DNA of 36,740 nucleotides from an uncultured Eubacteriales bacterium. Its GTDB lineage: Bacteria; Bacillota; Clostridia; Oscillospirales; Acutalibacteraceae. The DNA lies in contig CAZQXZ010000001.1 in assembly GCA_964597515.1 (NCBI GenBank), positions 1-36,740 of the forward strand, read 5' to 3'. Positions 16,940 to 25,215 of this stretch are shown here, piece after piece. Numbering within the stretch: the first letter of the stretch is position 1; every line of letters starts with the position of its first letter. A program made the position numbers and the translations under genes. Below the pieces are notes generated by a model. It was not told the origin of the DNA and searched no databases. It saw nothing but the letters and a program-made list of their open reading frames with translations.

Positions 16940-17716
16940 TCACGAACCCGTTGATTTATACCGCCGCAATCCTATACGGAAAAAAGCATAACACGGTATT
17001 ATAAACAACAGGGCTATCAGCGGCGTAAACATATAAAAGACACTTTGCTCCCTGTCCAATAAATATAAAAGCGGATAGTATTGATACAGTGCAAGGGGAA
17101 CTATATAAGTCAGAAACTTCAAAACCCCGCCGCCGTAAATCGCAAAGGGATAGCGACCGAACTCGCGTCCGCCATATGTCAATATATTCATAAACTCCAA
17201 TCCCTCGGTAGTAAAGAAAGCAAAGGAAGCGTATACAATATACAAGCCAAAAAAGACGACAGAACCGCAGGAAATCATTAAAAACAACGTAAAAATTTTG
17301 TCTGGCATCCATGTCACGCCGCTGTTCGGTACGGCATAACACAATACGCCTACAGCTTGAATAAATATTCCGAGACGCAAAAATTCCATATGCGACGCTA
17401 AAACCTGAAAAATAATTCCACGCGGTCTGACGAGAATGCGGTCAAACTCGCCGTTACCAAGCAATCTCGGAAAGATATCAAATCCCCGCGCAAAAACCTC
17501 AGCCATAGAAAACGCCATTGTTACCACGGATGTGCATAATAGTGTTTGACTAAGAGTAAAACCATCGACCTCATTAAAGCGCGTAAACATAAATAATACA
17601 CCGGCGACAGTGGCGAAAGACATTAACATTCTTCCAAAGATATTGAAGGCGAAAGCGGCTTTATACTGCATTTGGCTTTTGAGGTGTATGGAGAAGTATT
17701 TTAAATACAGTTTCAT
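16940..17716 (-). CDS. ABC-2 family transporter permease
   Basis: 258-aa polytopic protein, last gene of the ATPase/permease/permease operon. Confidence 0.75.
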   Translation of the reverse strand: MKLYLKYFSIHLKSQMQYKAAFAFNIFGRMLMSFATVAGVLFMFTRFNEVDGFTLSQTLLCTSVVTMAFSMAEVFARGFDIFPRLLGNGEFDRILVRPRGIIFQVLASHMEFLRLGIFIQAVGVLCYAVPNSGVTWMPDKIFTLFLMISCGSVVFFGLYIVYASFAFFTTEGLEFMNILTYGGREFGRYPFAIYGGGVLKFLTYIVPLALYQYYPLLYLLDREQSVFYMFTPLIALLFIIPCYAFFRIGLRRYKSTGS

Positions 17717-17719
17717 ATA

Positions 17720-18517
17720 TCAACCCCCCTGCGTTATAACGCGTTTAAGTGAACGTTTCATAAGCCGCTTTCCAAAAACCAGCATCACTGCCACCCAAAA
17801 CAACTGTAGCGCAATTCCTCGAACAGCGTCCATACCCGCTATGTCCCCGCTGTAAATCCGCAGGGGCATATTTTGCATAGCCGCAAACGGCAGCAGCTCG
17901 GCTATTTTCCTGAAAGGCTCCGGAAAAAACGGAATAGGCACATATCCTCCGGCGAGAAAATCCGCAAGGATTACAAAAATCACATTATATCGGCTCATGG
18001 TATAAAAAGCAGACATATAGTCTATAAGGCAGTATGCCGTAACAGCAAACATTGCTATCGGCGCAGAAATAATAAACATTGGAAGTTGAAACAAATCTGA
18101 CGGTAGTATCATTTTGAACGGTTCGGGTAAAACAAACGCCACAACCAATATCGGAGCGCATCTCAGTACGGCTTTCGATACTCTATCGGCTATTGTTTCA
18201 AAAAACCAACGGTTATAAATATCCATTGGCCGTGCCAAATCGTAAGCAATATTTCCACTTACAATGGTTTCAACGGCGTTTCCGCTTACACCCCACGGCA
18301 TAAACAAGGCTAAAAAAGCCTGTTGTATCCATATGTAAGAAACTAAATGAGAAAATTCCATTGGAAACGCGGCAGGGTTTGCACGGTAAAACGCCGCAAA
18401 AGCCAATATTTCCATAAATCCCCACGCAAACTGCGTGGATAATCCCGCCAGCGCCGCCGCGCGGTATTGAAGCCCGTTAATGAAGCGTATCCGAAACAGG
18501 GAAAGGTATTGCTTCAT
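17720..18517 (-). CDS. ABC-2 family transporter permease
   Basis: 265-aa polytopic protein. Overlaps the ATPase stop by 4 nt. Confidence 0.75.
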   Translation of the reverse strand: MKQYLSLFRIRFINGLQYRAAALAGLSTQFAWGFMEILAFAAFYRANPAAFPMEFSHLVSYIWIQQAFLALFMPWGVSGNAVETIVSGNIAYDLARPMDIYNRWFFETIADRVSKAVLRCAPILVVAFVLPEPFKMILPSDLFQLPMFIISAPIAMFAVTAYCLIDYMSAFYTMSRYNVIFVILADFLAGGYVPIPFFPEPFRKIAELLPFAAMQNMPLRIYSGDIAGMDAVRGIALQLFWVAVMLVFGKRLMKRSLKRVITQGG

Positions 18518-19488
18518 ATCTCGTACTCCTTGTACAGTGAAGCAGCCATTTCTTCCGCCGATATGCCGGATACCGATACATCAACCAACTCAGTATGCGA
18601 AGCAAGGCGGGTTATCGCGTCGGATACCGATAAAACCGACGGGTCAAGGGCGATCACAAGCCGTCCGTCCTTTTTCTCGGAAACGCTCATCCCGTCGGTA
18701 ATACCGGGGGCGGCTCCGTTGTATTCAACAATAAGCGTTTTTCGCTCCGACGAGTGTTTTTTCAGTTCGTCAAGGCTGCCGTCGAGCAATATCCTGCCTT
18801 TTCCGATGAGCAGTATCCTTTCAACCAATGCTTCAATATCCTGCATATCGTGAGTCGTTAAAATAACGGTTGTACCATGTTCGGCATTCAGCTTTTTAAT
18901 GAATTGCCGGACAGCGATTTTAGAAACCGCGTCCAGTCCGATTGTCGGTTCGTCAAGAAATAAGATTTTAGGCGTATGTAAAAGCGACGCGGCAATTTCG
19001 CACCGCATGCGCTGACCAAGGCTCAAACTGCGCGCCGGCGTTTTAAGTAACTCTCCTAAATCAAGAAGTCCGGTTAATTCTTCAAGATTATTTTTATAGG
19101 TTCTTTCGTCCGCTTTATAAATATCGCGTATCAGTTCAAAGCTATCAATAATAGGAACATCCCACCAAAGCTGGCTGCGCTGACCGAACACGACACCAAT
19201 TTCGCTGACATGGGCAATGCGCTCTTTCCACGGTGTTCGCCCGTCAATATTGCAAATTCCGCTGTCCGGTGTTAAGATACCGCACATAATTTTGATGGTT
19301 GTGCTTTTCCCTGCGCCGTTGGGACCGATATAGCCAACCATTTCACCGTCATTGATTGTAAAACTGACGTCATTTAGGGCATGAACAAGCTCATATTCAC
19401 GAGAAAACAATGCCTTAACAGCGCGGCCAAACCCGGCTTGCCGTTTAGCAACACGAAAAGTTTTATTAATGCTTTCAAGTGTGATCAT
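18514..19488 (-). CDS. ABC transporter ATP-binding protein
   Basis: Walker A GPNGAGKST, signature LSLGQRMR, Walker B ILFLDEPTIGLD, plus a C-terminal extension. Confidence 0.9.
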   Translation of the reverse strand: MITLESINKTFRVAKRQAGFGRAVKALFSREYELVHALNDVSFTINDGEMVGYIGPNGAGKSTTIKIMCGILTPDSGICNIDGRTPWKERIAHVSEIGVVFGQRSQLWWDVPIIDSFELIRDIYKADERTYKNNLEELTGLLDLGELLKTPARSLSLGQRMRCEIAASLLHTPKILFLDEPTIGLDAVSKIAVRQFIKKLNAEHGTTVILTTHDMQDIEALVERILLIGKGRILLDGSLDELKKHSSERKTLIVEYNGAAPGITDGMSVSEKKDGRLVIALDPSVLSVSDAITRLASHTELVDVSVSGISAEEMAASLYKEYEI

Positions 19489-19526
19489 AAATCCTCCCGC
19501 ACAATCCCCATCACCCTATTCCTGAT

Positions 19527-20834
19527 TTACTCCCACTCAATCGTGGCGCTTGGTTTTGGGCTGAGGTCGTAGAGGACTCTGTTTACGCCGTCCACCTCGG
19601 AGAGGATACGGTTTGTGATTGTTTGAAGGATTTTGGCGTGCGGGGGTTCTGCCGACGCCGTCATGGCGTCTGTTGTGTTGACCGCGCGGATTATTACCGC
19701 CCAGCCCTCAAATCTCGCGCCGTCCTTTACTCCCACCGACTTAATGTCGGGAATAAGCGTGAAATATTGCCAGACCTTTTTCGAGAGCCCGCTTTTTTTA
19801 AACTCCTCGCGGAGAATAGCGTCCGACTCCCTTACGGCGTGGAGCCTGTCGCGCGTGACGGCTCCCAAGCAGCGTACCGCGAGTCCCGGACCGGGGAACG
19901 GCTGGCGGTAAACAATGTCGTCGGGAAGCCCTAACTCCTTGCCGCAGGCGCGTACTTCGTCCTTAAACAGATATTTCAGCGGCTCCACAAGCTCGAACTT
20001 CAAGTCCTTTGGCAGACCTCCGGTGTTGTGGTGCGCCTTTACGGGCTTGCCCGTTTTCGTACCGCTCTCGACGATGTCCGGATAAATGGTGCCCTGACCC
20101 AAGAAGCTTATGCCGTCAAGCTTTCTTGCTTCCTCCTCAAAGACCCTTATAAACTCTTTGCCTATTATTTTTCTCTTCTTTTCGGGGTCCGATACGCCCT
20201 CAAGCTTGCCGAGGAAGCGGTCGGCGGCGTCAACATATATACAATTCGCGCCGAACTGCCTTTGAAACACGTCGATAACCTGCTCGCTCTCCCCTTTGCG
20301 CAGCAGACCGTGGTTGACGTGCACGCAGTGAAGCCTGTCCCCTGCCGCTTTTAGGAGCAGCGCCGCCACGACGGCGGAGTCCACACCGCCCGAAAGCGCG
20401 AGAAGGACTTTTTCCCCGCCGATTTGTTTACGCAGCAGCTCTATCTGGTCGCTTACGAAATTCTTCATATTCCAATTGGGGCGCGCTTCGCATTTTTCAA
20501 AAATAAACGACGCCAACATTTTTTTCAGCTCGGCGTCCTTTTTCGGCAGCTTTTTAACGTCCGCCTTGCGAAAAGACGAGCTGTGGTCAACGGCGAGCAT
20601 AGGAATGGAGAGCGTATGTATACACCTTTTTTCGGTTACCGCTTTCCCGTTGACTATCCTGTTTTTTCCGCCGTTCAGGATGATGCCTTTAAGGTTTTCG
20701 ATTTCAAGAAGCTCTTTTCTGTTTATATCGTGCGCCCTGATCTCACTGTAAACGCCCAAATCCCTTACAGTTCTCGCAACCCTCGAATTATCCTCTCCCC
20801 CAAGGTCAAGGATTAATATAATGTCCTGTTTCAT
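19527..20834 (-). CDS. guaA: GMP synthase-like protein: complete ATP-pyrophosphatase and dimerisation domains, but a truncated and apparently inactive glutamine-amidotransferase domain
   Basis: P-loop SGGVDSAV, HHNTGGLP, and a C-terminus ending ...ATIEWE as in GuaA. It has only ~115 aa N-terminal to the PPase domain, where canonical GuaA has ~200. Confidence 0.85.
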   Translation of the reverse strand: MKQDIILILDLGGEDNSRVARTVRDLGVYSEIRAHDINRKELLEIENLKGIILNGGKNRIVNGKAVTEKRCIHTLSIPMLAVDHSSSFRKADVKKLPKKDAELKKMLASFIFEKCEARPNWNMKNFVSDQIELLRKQIGGEKVLLALSGGVDSAVVAALLLKAAGDRLHCVHVNHGLLRKGESEQVIDVFQRQFGANCIYVDAADRFLGKLEGVSDPEKKRKIIGKEFIRVFEEEARKLDGISFLGQGTIYPDIVESGTKTGKPVKAHHNTGGLPKDLKFELVEPLKYLFKDEVRACGKELGLPDDIVYRQPFPGPGLAVRCLGAVTRDRLHAVRESDAILREEFKKSGLSKKVWQYFTLIPDIKSVGVKDGARFEGWAVIIRAVNTTDAMTASAEPPHAKILQTITNRILSEVDGVNRVLYDLSPKPSATIEWE

Positions 20835-20874
20835 ACTCTGACATCTCCCTTACACAGCCATTTTTATACTGGTA

Positions 20875-20903
20875 ATTTTAGCAAATGCACTGTTGTTTGT
20901 CAA
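20875..20903 (-). promoter_or_regulatory. Putative guaA promoter
   Basis: Minus strand reads TTGACA, 17 nt, TAAAAT. Confidence 0.4.
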
Positions 20904-20913
20904 TGTATTTTGT

Positions 20914-20942
20914 TTGACAAGCGGCGCCGTTTATAATATACT
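20914..20942 (+). promoter_or_regulatory. Putative promoter of the ABC ATPase/permease pair
   Basis: TTGACA, 17 nt, TATACT. The two divergent -35 boxes form the inverted repeat TTGTCAA-10 nt-TTGACAA. Confidence 0.4.
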
Positions 20943-20977
20943 TGTTAAAATTAAAAAATTCTTTCGGAAGTGATTTT

Positions 20978-21659
20978 GTGCTGAAAATTGAGTGCTTAAC
21001 AAAAAAATACGGCGATAAAAAAGCTGTTGACAACCTCTCCCTGCACATTAAAAGCGGCGAGATATACGGCTTCATCGGTCACAACGGCGCGGGCAAAACC
21101 ACTACCATCAAATGCTGCGCGGGCATACTGAATTTTGAAGAGGGCGAGATATTCACAGATGGTATTTCCGTTAAGGAAAATCCTATTGAGGTTAAGCGGC
21201 GCATATGAGTTTTTGAGCGGCATAAAATACCTTAATTTTATAGCCGATATTTATCGCGTGCCTGAGGCTGAAAGAAATGCGCTTATTAAGAAATACGGCG
21301 ATATCTTTGAGCTGACGGCGGAGCTTGCCAAGCCGGTTTCGGAATATTCGCACGGGATGAAGCAAAAGCTTGCCGTAATCAGCGCGCTAATTCACAGGCC
21401 GCGCCTTATGCTGCTTGACGAACCCTTTGTGGGGCTTGACCCTAAGGCTTCCCACGCCTTAAAGCAGATTATGAAAGAGATATGCGCGTCCGGCGGCGCG
21501 ATTTTCTTTTCCACTCACATTTTAGAGGTCGCCGAAAAGCTCTGCGACAAAATCGCGATTATCAGAAACGGAGCGCTTGTCGAATGCGGTCCTACCGCAG
21601 AGGTCACGGCAAACGCCTCTCTCGAGGACGTCTTTTTGGAGTTGGTGGAAAATGTTTAA
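20978..21659 (+). pseudogene. ABC transporter ATP-binding protein disrupted by an out-of-frame internal deletion
   Basis: Frame A (GTG 20978) carries Walker A GHNGAGKTT and stops at TGA 21206-21208. Frame B continues with YEFLSGIKYLNF..., signature YSHGMKQKL and Walker B LMLLDEPFVGLD. Confidence 0.7.
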
Positions 21660-23322
21660 GTCGCTTTTTATTATTCAGCTGCGCGCAGTGTTTTTCACAA
21701 TGTTCGCGGCAAAAAAGACCGCAAAACCGAAAACCACCATAAATATCGGCAAAAAAATCCTTATCGCCATATTTGCCGTATATGTTATAGCCTGTATGTT
21801 CTTTTTCTTCGGGCTTATTACGGCTCAACTGTGCACGCCCCTGATTGAAGCCGGACTTGACACCGCCTATTTTGTATTAATCGGCTTAATGGCTTTTATG
21901 CTGATGTTTCTCGGAAGCGTTTTTTTGACTGAAAAACAGCTTTACGAAGCGAACGATAACGAGCTTTTGCTTTCGATGCCTATCCCCCCCGCCTATGTGG
22001 TGCTGACAAGAATAGCCTCCGTGTTTTTAATAAATGTCATGTACGGCTCGTTCACCCTTGTTCCCGCCGCAGCCGTATATTTTATGCAAAAAGGCTTTGA
22101 CCCGCTCGTTTTGCTTTTCATGATACCGAGCGGACTGCTTCTGTCTGTGCTTTCGCTTTCCGTTTCCGCCGCGGGCGGCTGGCTTCTCGCCCTTTTAGGC
22201 TCAAGCCTCAAACGGAAAAAACTGTTTTCCACCGTATTTATGCTTACTTTTTTCTTTACGGTTATGGGGTTTTATTTCAATCTCCAAAAAATCCTTGCGA
22301 AGCTCGTCGCCGAGGGAGCCGCCCTTTCCGACGCTTTGAGGAAGGTATTCCCTCCCCTTTTCTTTTTCGGGAAATCAGTTGCCGAAAGCGATTTTCTTTC
22401 CTTTTTACTGTTAGCGGCGGCAAGCCTTGTCCCCGCCGCTCTTATAACAGGGATGATTGCGAGGTCCTTTATAAATATCGCGACTAAAAACAAAGGCTCG
22501 GCGGGTAAATATATCTATAAGGAACGGCGCCTTTCGGCGGCGTCTCCGAAAAACGCCTTGTTGGTTAAGGAGGCAAAACGGTTTTTCACATCCGTAATTT
22601 ACTTGATGAACGCCGGCTTGGGCAGCATATTTATGATTATTTTCGCGATAGCCGTCGCGTTCAAGGGCCCTTCAATTATTGTGTCGCTAATGCAGTCTGT
22701 TACAAACAACGCCGCCGTCGCCTTGCCGTTTCCTTTAGAGTCGTTACTCCCCGCGATAATCGGCGCCGCCGTCTCCTTCTGCACCAGCGCGAACAATACG
22801 GCGTGCTGTTCGCTTTCGCTTGAAGGAAAAAACTTCCCGCTGCTTAAATCGATGCCGCTGAGTTATTATGATATTATTATCCCGAAAATCGCATTTAATT
22901 TTTTATGGGGCTTTATTCCTATTACACTTGTTTCGGCGGCAAGCTTTTTCAGGCTGGGCCTCACGCTTGCGGACTTTTTCCTAATTCTGCTTGGCGGGTT
23001 GGTTTTTCAGCTTTTTACGGCTGTCTGGGGAATGCTCTGCAATATCTTCTTCCCGAAGTTTGATTGGATAAACGAGGTTACGGTAATAAAGCAGAGCGCC
23101 GCCTCGCTGTTCGGCATGTTAGGCGCGATGGGCTTTTTCAGTCTGTTTATAGGGGGTTTTGCCTTTGCCGCCACAAAATTAAGCGGCGGCGATTTAGACC
23201 CCGCGCTAATTCTGCAAGCCGCTCTCCCGTCCGCCATCGCTTTCTTTGCGGTTATGTCCGCGCTGTGCTTAGCGTTGCTCGTAACTGTCGGGAAAAAGAA
23301 GTTTCACGCTATTTCGGCGTAA
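21652..23322 (+). CDS. Large polytopic permease partner of the ABC ATPase (putative ABC exporter membrane protein)
   Basis: ATG 21652 lies after GGTGGAAA and overlaps the ATPase stop. About 556 aa with more than 10 hydrophobic segments. Confidence 0.7.
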   Translation: MFKSLFIIQLRAVFFTMFAAKKTAKPKTTINIGKKILIAIFAVYVIACMFFFFGLITAQLCTPLIEAGLDTAYFVLIGLMAFMLMFLGSVFLTEKQLYEANDNELLLSMPIPPAYVVLTRIASVFLINVMYGSFTLVPAAAVYFMQKGFDPLVLLFMIPSGLLLSVLSLSVSAAGGWLLALLGSSLKRKKLFSTVFMLTFFFTVMGFYFNLQKILAKLVAEGAALSDALRKVFPPLFFFGKSVAESDFLSFLLLAAASLVPAALITGMIARSFINIATKNKGSAGKYIYKERRLSAASPKNALLVKEAKRFFTSVIYLMNAGLGSIFMIIFAIAVAFKGPSIIVSLMQSVTNNAAVALPFPLESLLPAIIGAAVSFCTSANNTACCSLSLEGKNFPLLKSMPLSYYDIIIPKIAFNFLWGFIPITLVSAASFFRLGLTLADFFLILLGGLVFQLFTAVWGMLCNIFFPKFDWINEVTVIKQSAASLFGMLGAMGFFSLFIGGFAFAATKLSGGDLDPALILQAALPSAIAFFAVMSALCLALLVTVGKKKFHAISA

Positions 23323-23334
23323 CGGGAAGGCATT

Positions 23335-24057
23335 GTGATTAAAATGAACGATGTTTTTTATCAATCGTTGTCAGACGCGCTTTGCGCGCTCGGTATCGCC
23401 GTAAGCGAGGAAGCTTCCGGCAAGTTCGCGAAATACGCCGATTTGCTTATCGAACACGGAAAGAACGTCAATCTTACCGCGATAACCGAGAAATCCGAGA
23501 TAGCGGTGAAGCATTTCGCGGACAGCCTTATTCTTCTGAAATATATCGACATAAAACCCGGCGCGCGTATAATTGACATCGGCACGGGCGCAGGCTTTCC
23601 CGGCGTTCCCCTGCTCATCGCCCGTCCCGATTTATCGCTTACGCTTATCGACTCCACAAATAAAAAGCTTAAATTCGTCAGAGAAGCCTGCGGGGAAATA
23701 GGGATTTCACCGGAAATCGCACACATAAGAGCCGAGGACGCGGGGCGCGACCCGTCGTTGCGCGAAAAATACGATATAGCCGTTTCCAGGGCAGTGGCAG
23801 ATTTGCGCGTTTTAGCGGAATACTGCCTGCCACTCGTCAAAAAAGGCGGTTTTTTCGCTCCGTATAAGGGTGAAGCGAAAAAAGAGTTAGAGGACTCACT
23901 AAACGCAGTCTCGGAGCTTTCCGGAAAGGTTGAGTCCGTATTTGAATATTCTCTTGACGGCTGCGGCAAAAGAAATATAATTATTATTAAAAAGATATCG
24001 CAAACCTCGCCAAAATATCCGAGAATAACGACACAAATTTTAAAAAAGCCTTTGTGA
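23335..24057 (+). CDS. rsmG: 16S rRNA (guanine527-N7)-methyltransferase RsmG
   Basis: SAM-binding motif DIGTGAGFPGVPL and GidB-like sequence. The start is ambiguous (GTG 23335 or ATG 23344). Confidence 0.85.
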   Translation: MIKMNDVFYQSLSDALCALGIAVSEEASGKFAKYADLLIEHGKNVNLTAITEKSEIAVKHFADSLILLKYIDIKPGARIIDIGTGAGFPGVPLLIARPDLSLTLIDSTNKKLKFVREACGEIGISPEIAHIRAEDAGRDPSLREKYDIAVSRAVADLRVLAEYCLPLVKKGGFFAPYKGEAKKELEDSLNAVSELSGKVESVFEYSLDGCGKRNIIIIKKISQTSPKYPRITTQILKKPL

Positions 24058-24079
24058 TTTTATCACAATAACAAATTAT

Positions 24080-24116
24080 AAAGCATTTTCGGGCGAACGA
24101 AAATGCTTTATTTTTA
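24080..24116 (+). terminator. Intrinsic terminator of rsmG
   Basis: Perfect 12-bp stem AAAGCATTTTCG / CGAAAATGCTTT followed by ATTTTTATTT. Confidence 0.7.
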
Positions 24117-24170
24117 TTTATTTGTGTGTTACTGTGTTATTGCAAAGAGGACAAGCAAAGGAGTGGTGAG

Positions 24171-24998
24171 ATGTTGAAGACGGCGTCAAAGCTCAAGCCG
24201 GGCGGACAGATTATGATGATTCCTCACGAGAACATCTATCCCAATCCCAACCAGCCGAGAATTCATTTCGACTACACAGAGCTTGAAGGCCTCGCCTCAT
24301 CCATAAGGTCAAACGGTATGCTCCTTCCGATTACGGTACGCACCGCCGCCGACGGCAACTTTGAGTTGATTTCAGGCGAAAGGCGGCTGCGCGCGGCAAG
24401 AATTATCGGTATGTCGAAGGTGCCTTGCATTATAATGGAGGCCACGGACGGGCAATCGGCGCTTTTTGCGGTAATAGAGAACATACAGCGTCAGGACCTT
24501 GACTTTTTCGAGGAAGCCACGGCGATTGAAAAACTGCTCAGCGAACACAATATGAGCCAGGAGTCCGTGGCGAAAAGCCTCGGCAAGGCACAGTCAACCC
24601 TTTCAAACAAACTCAGGCTGCTTCAACTCACCGAAAATATCCGCGACAGAATAAGCGACGCCGGACTTACCGAAAGGCATGCGAGAGCGCTTTTAAAGCT
24701 TCCCGACAACGCCGCAAGACAGCGCGCCCTGTCCATAATCACAGACAGACGCCTGAACGTGTCGGAAACGGACAAGCTAATATCACAGATGCTCAAAAAG
24801 AATGACGGTCAAAAAAAAGCTCCCGCCAAAACATACAGAGACCTGCGTATTTTTATAAACACGCTCAACCACGCCGTCGACGCTATCCGCAGAGCCGGAA
24901 TTGACGCTGACACCGCCAAAAGCGAGACGGATGAATACATCGAATACGTCGTCAGAATACCTAAGGTTGACGATACTGTTTACAGCCAAGCGGTATAA
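24171..24998 (+). CDS. ParB/Noc-family DNA-binding protein (Noc-like paralogue in the rsmG-adjacent position)
   Basis: ATG lies after AAAGGAGTGG. ParB box GERRLRAA and HTH region QSTLSNKLRLLQL. The C-terminus ...DEYIEYVVRIPK resembles the B. subtilis Noc C-terminus (..EEYIQLTIRIPK) as I recall it. Confidence 0.85.
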   Translation: MLKTASKLKPGGQIMMIPHENIYPNPNQPRIHFDYTELEGLASSIRSNGMLLPITVRTAADGNFELISGERRLRAARIIGMSKVPCIIMEATDGQSALFAVIENIQRQDLDFFEEATAIEKLLSEHNMSQESVAKSLGKAQSTLSNKLRLLQLTENIRDRISDAGLTERHARALLKLPDNAARQRALSIITDRRLNVSETDKLISQMLKKNDGQKKAPAKTYRDLRIFINTLNHAVDAIRRAGIDADTAKSETDEYIEYVVRIPKVDDTVYSQAV

Positions 24999-25056
24999 TC
25001 CCTTCGGGGCTTATATAAACAGCCATATCTTTCTCTTTCACACCCCACATCACAGT

Positions 25057-25088
25057 CCTAAGGGCGGCCGGAAACGGCCGCCCTTAGG
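25057..25088. other. Very stable GC-rich hairpin with GAAA tetraloop, downstream of the parB/noc-like gene
   Basis: Perfect 14-bp stem CCTAAGGGCGGCCG-GAAA-CGGCCGCCCTTAGG. No U-run on either strand. Confidence 0.5.
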
Positions 25089-25093
25089 GCATT

Positions 25094-25164
25094 CAGATGG
25101 CAGATGGCAGATATCAGATGTCAGACGTCAGATTTATAAGGAAAACGCAGAGCGTTTTTGGATT
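25094..25164 (-). repeat. Hairpin-plus-six-heptad element, copy 1 (minus orientation)
   Basis: Minus strand: AATCCAAAAACGCTCTGCGTTTTCCTTATAA + ATCTGAC GTCTGAC ATCTGAT ATCTGCC ATCTGCC ATCTGAA. It is homologous to 33826-33898. Confidence 0.8.
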
Positions 25165-25199
25165 GTAGTACAACGTATAGCTTTCACCTTATTGATTTT

Positions 25200-25215
25200 T
25201 GTTCCACGTGGAACA
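25200..25215. other. parS site (perfect 16-bp palindrome)
   Basis: TGTTCCACGTGGAACA, compared with the Firmicute parS consensus TGTTNCACGTGAAACA. Confidence 0.75.

Noticed and set aside
25094-25135. Heptad arrays (here and at 33857-33898) as a CRISPR array or minisatellite
   Set aside because: The units are 7 bp and contiguous, with no spacers, so they are not CRISPR. The plain-microsatellite reading was also set aside, because unit number, order and the flanking 30 nt are conserved between the two copies.
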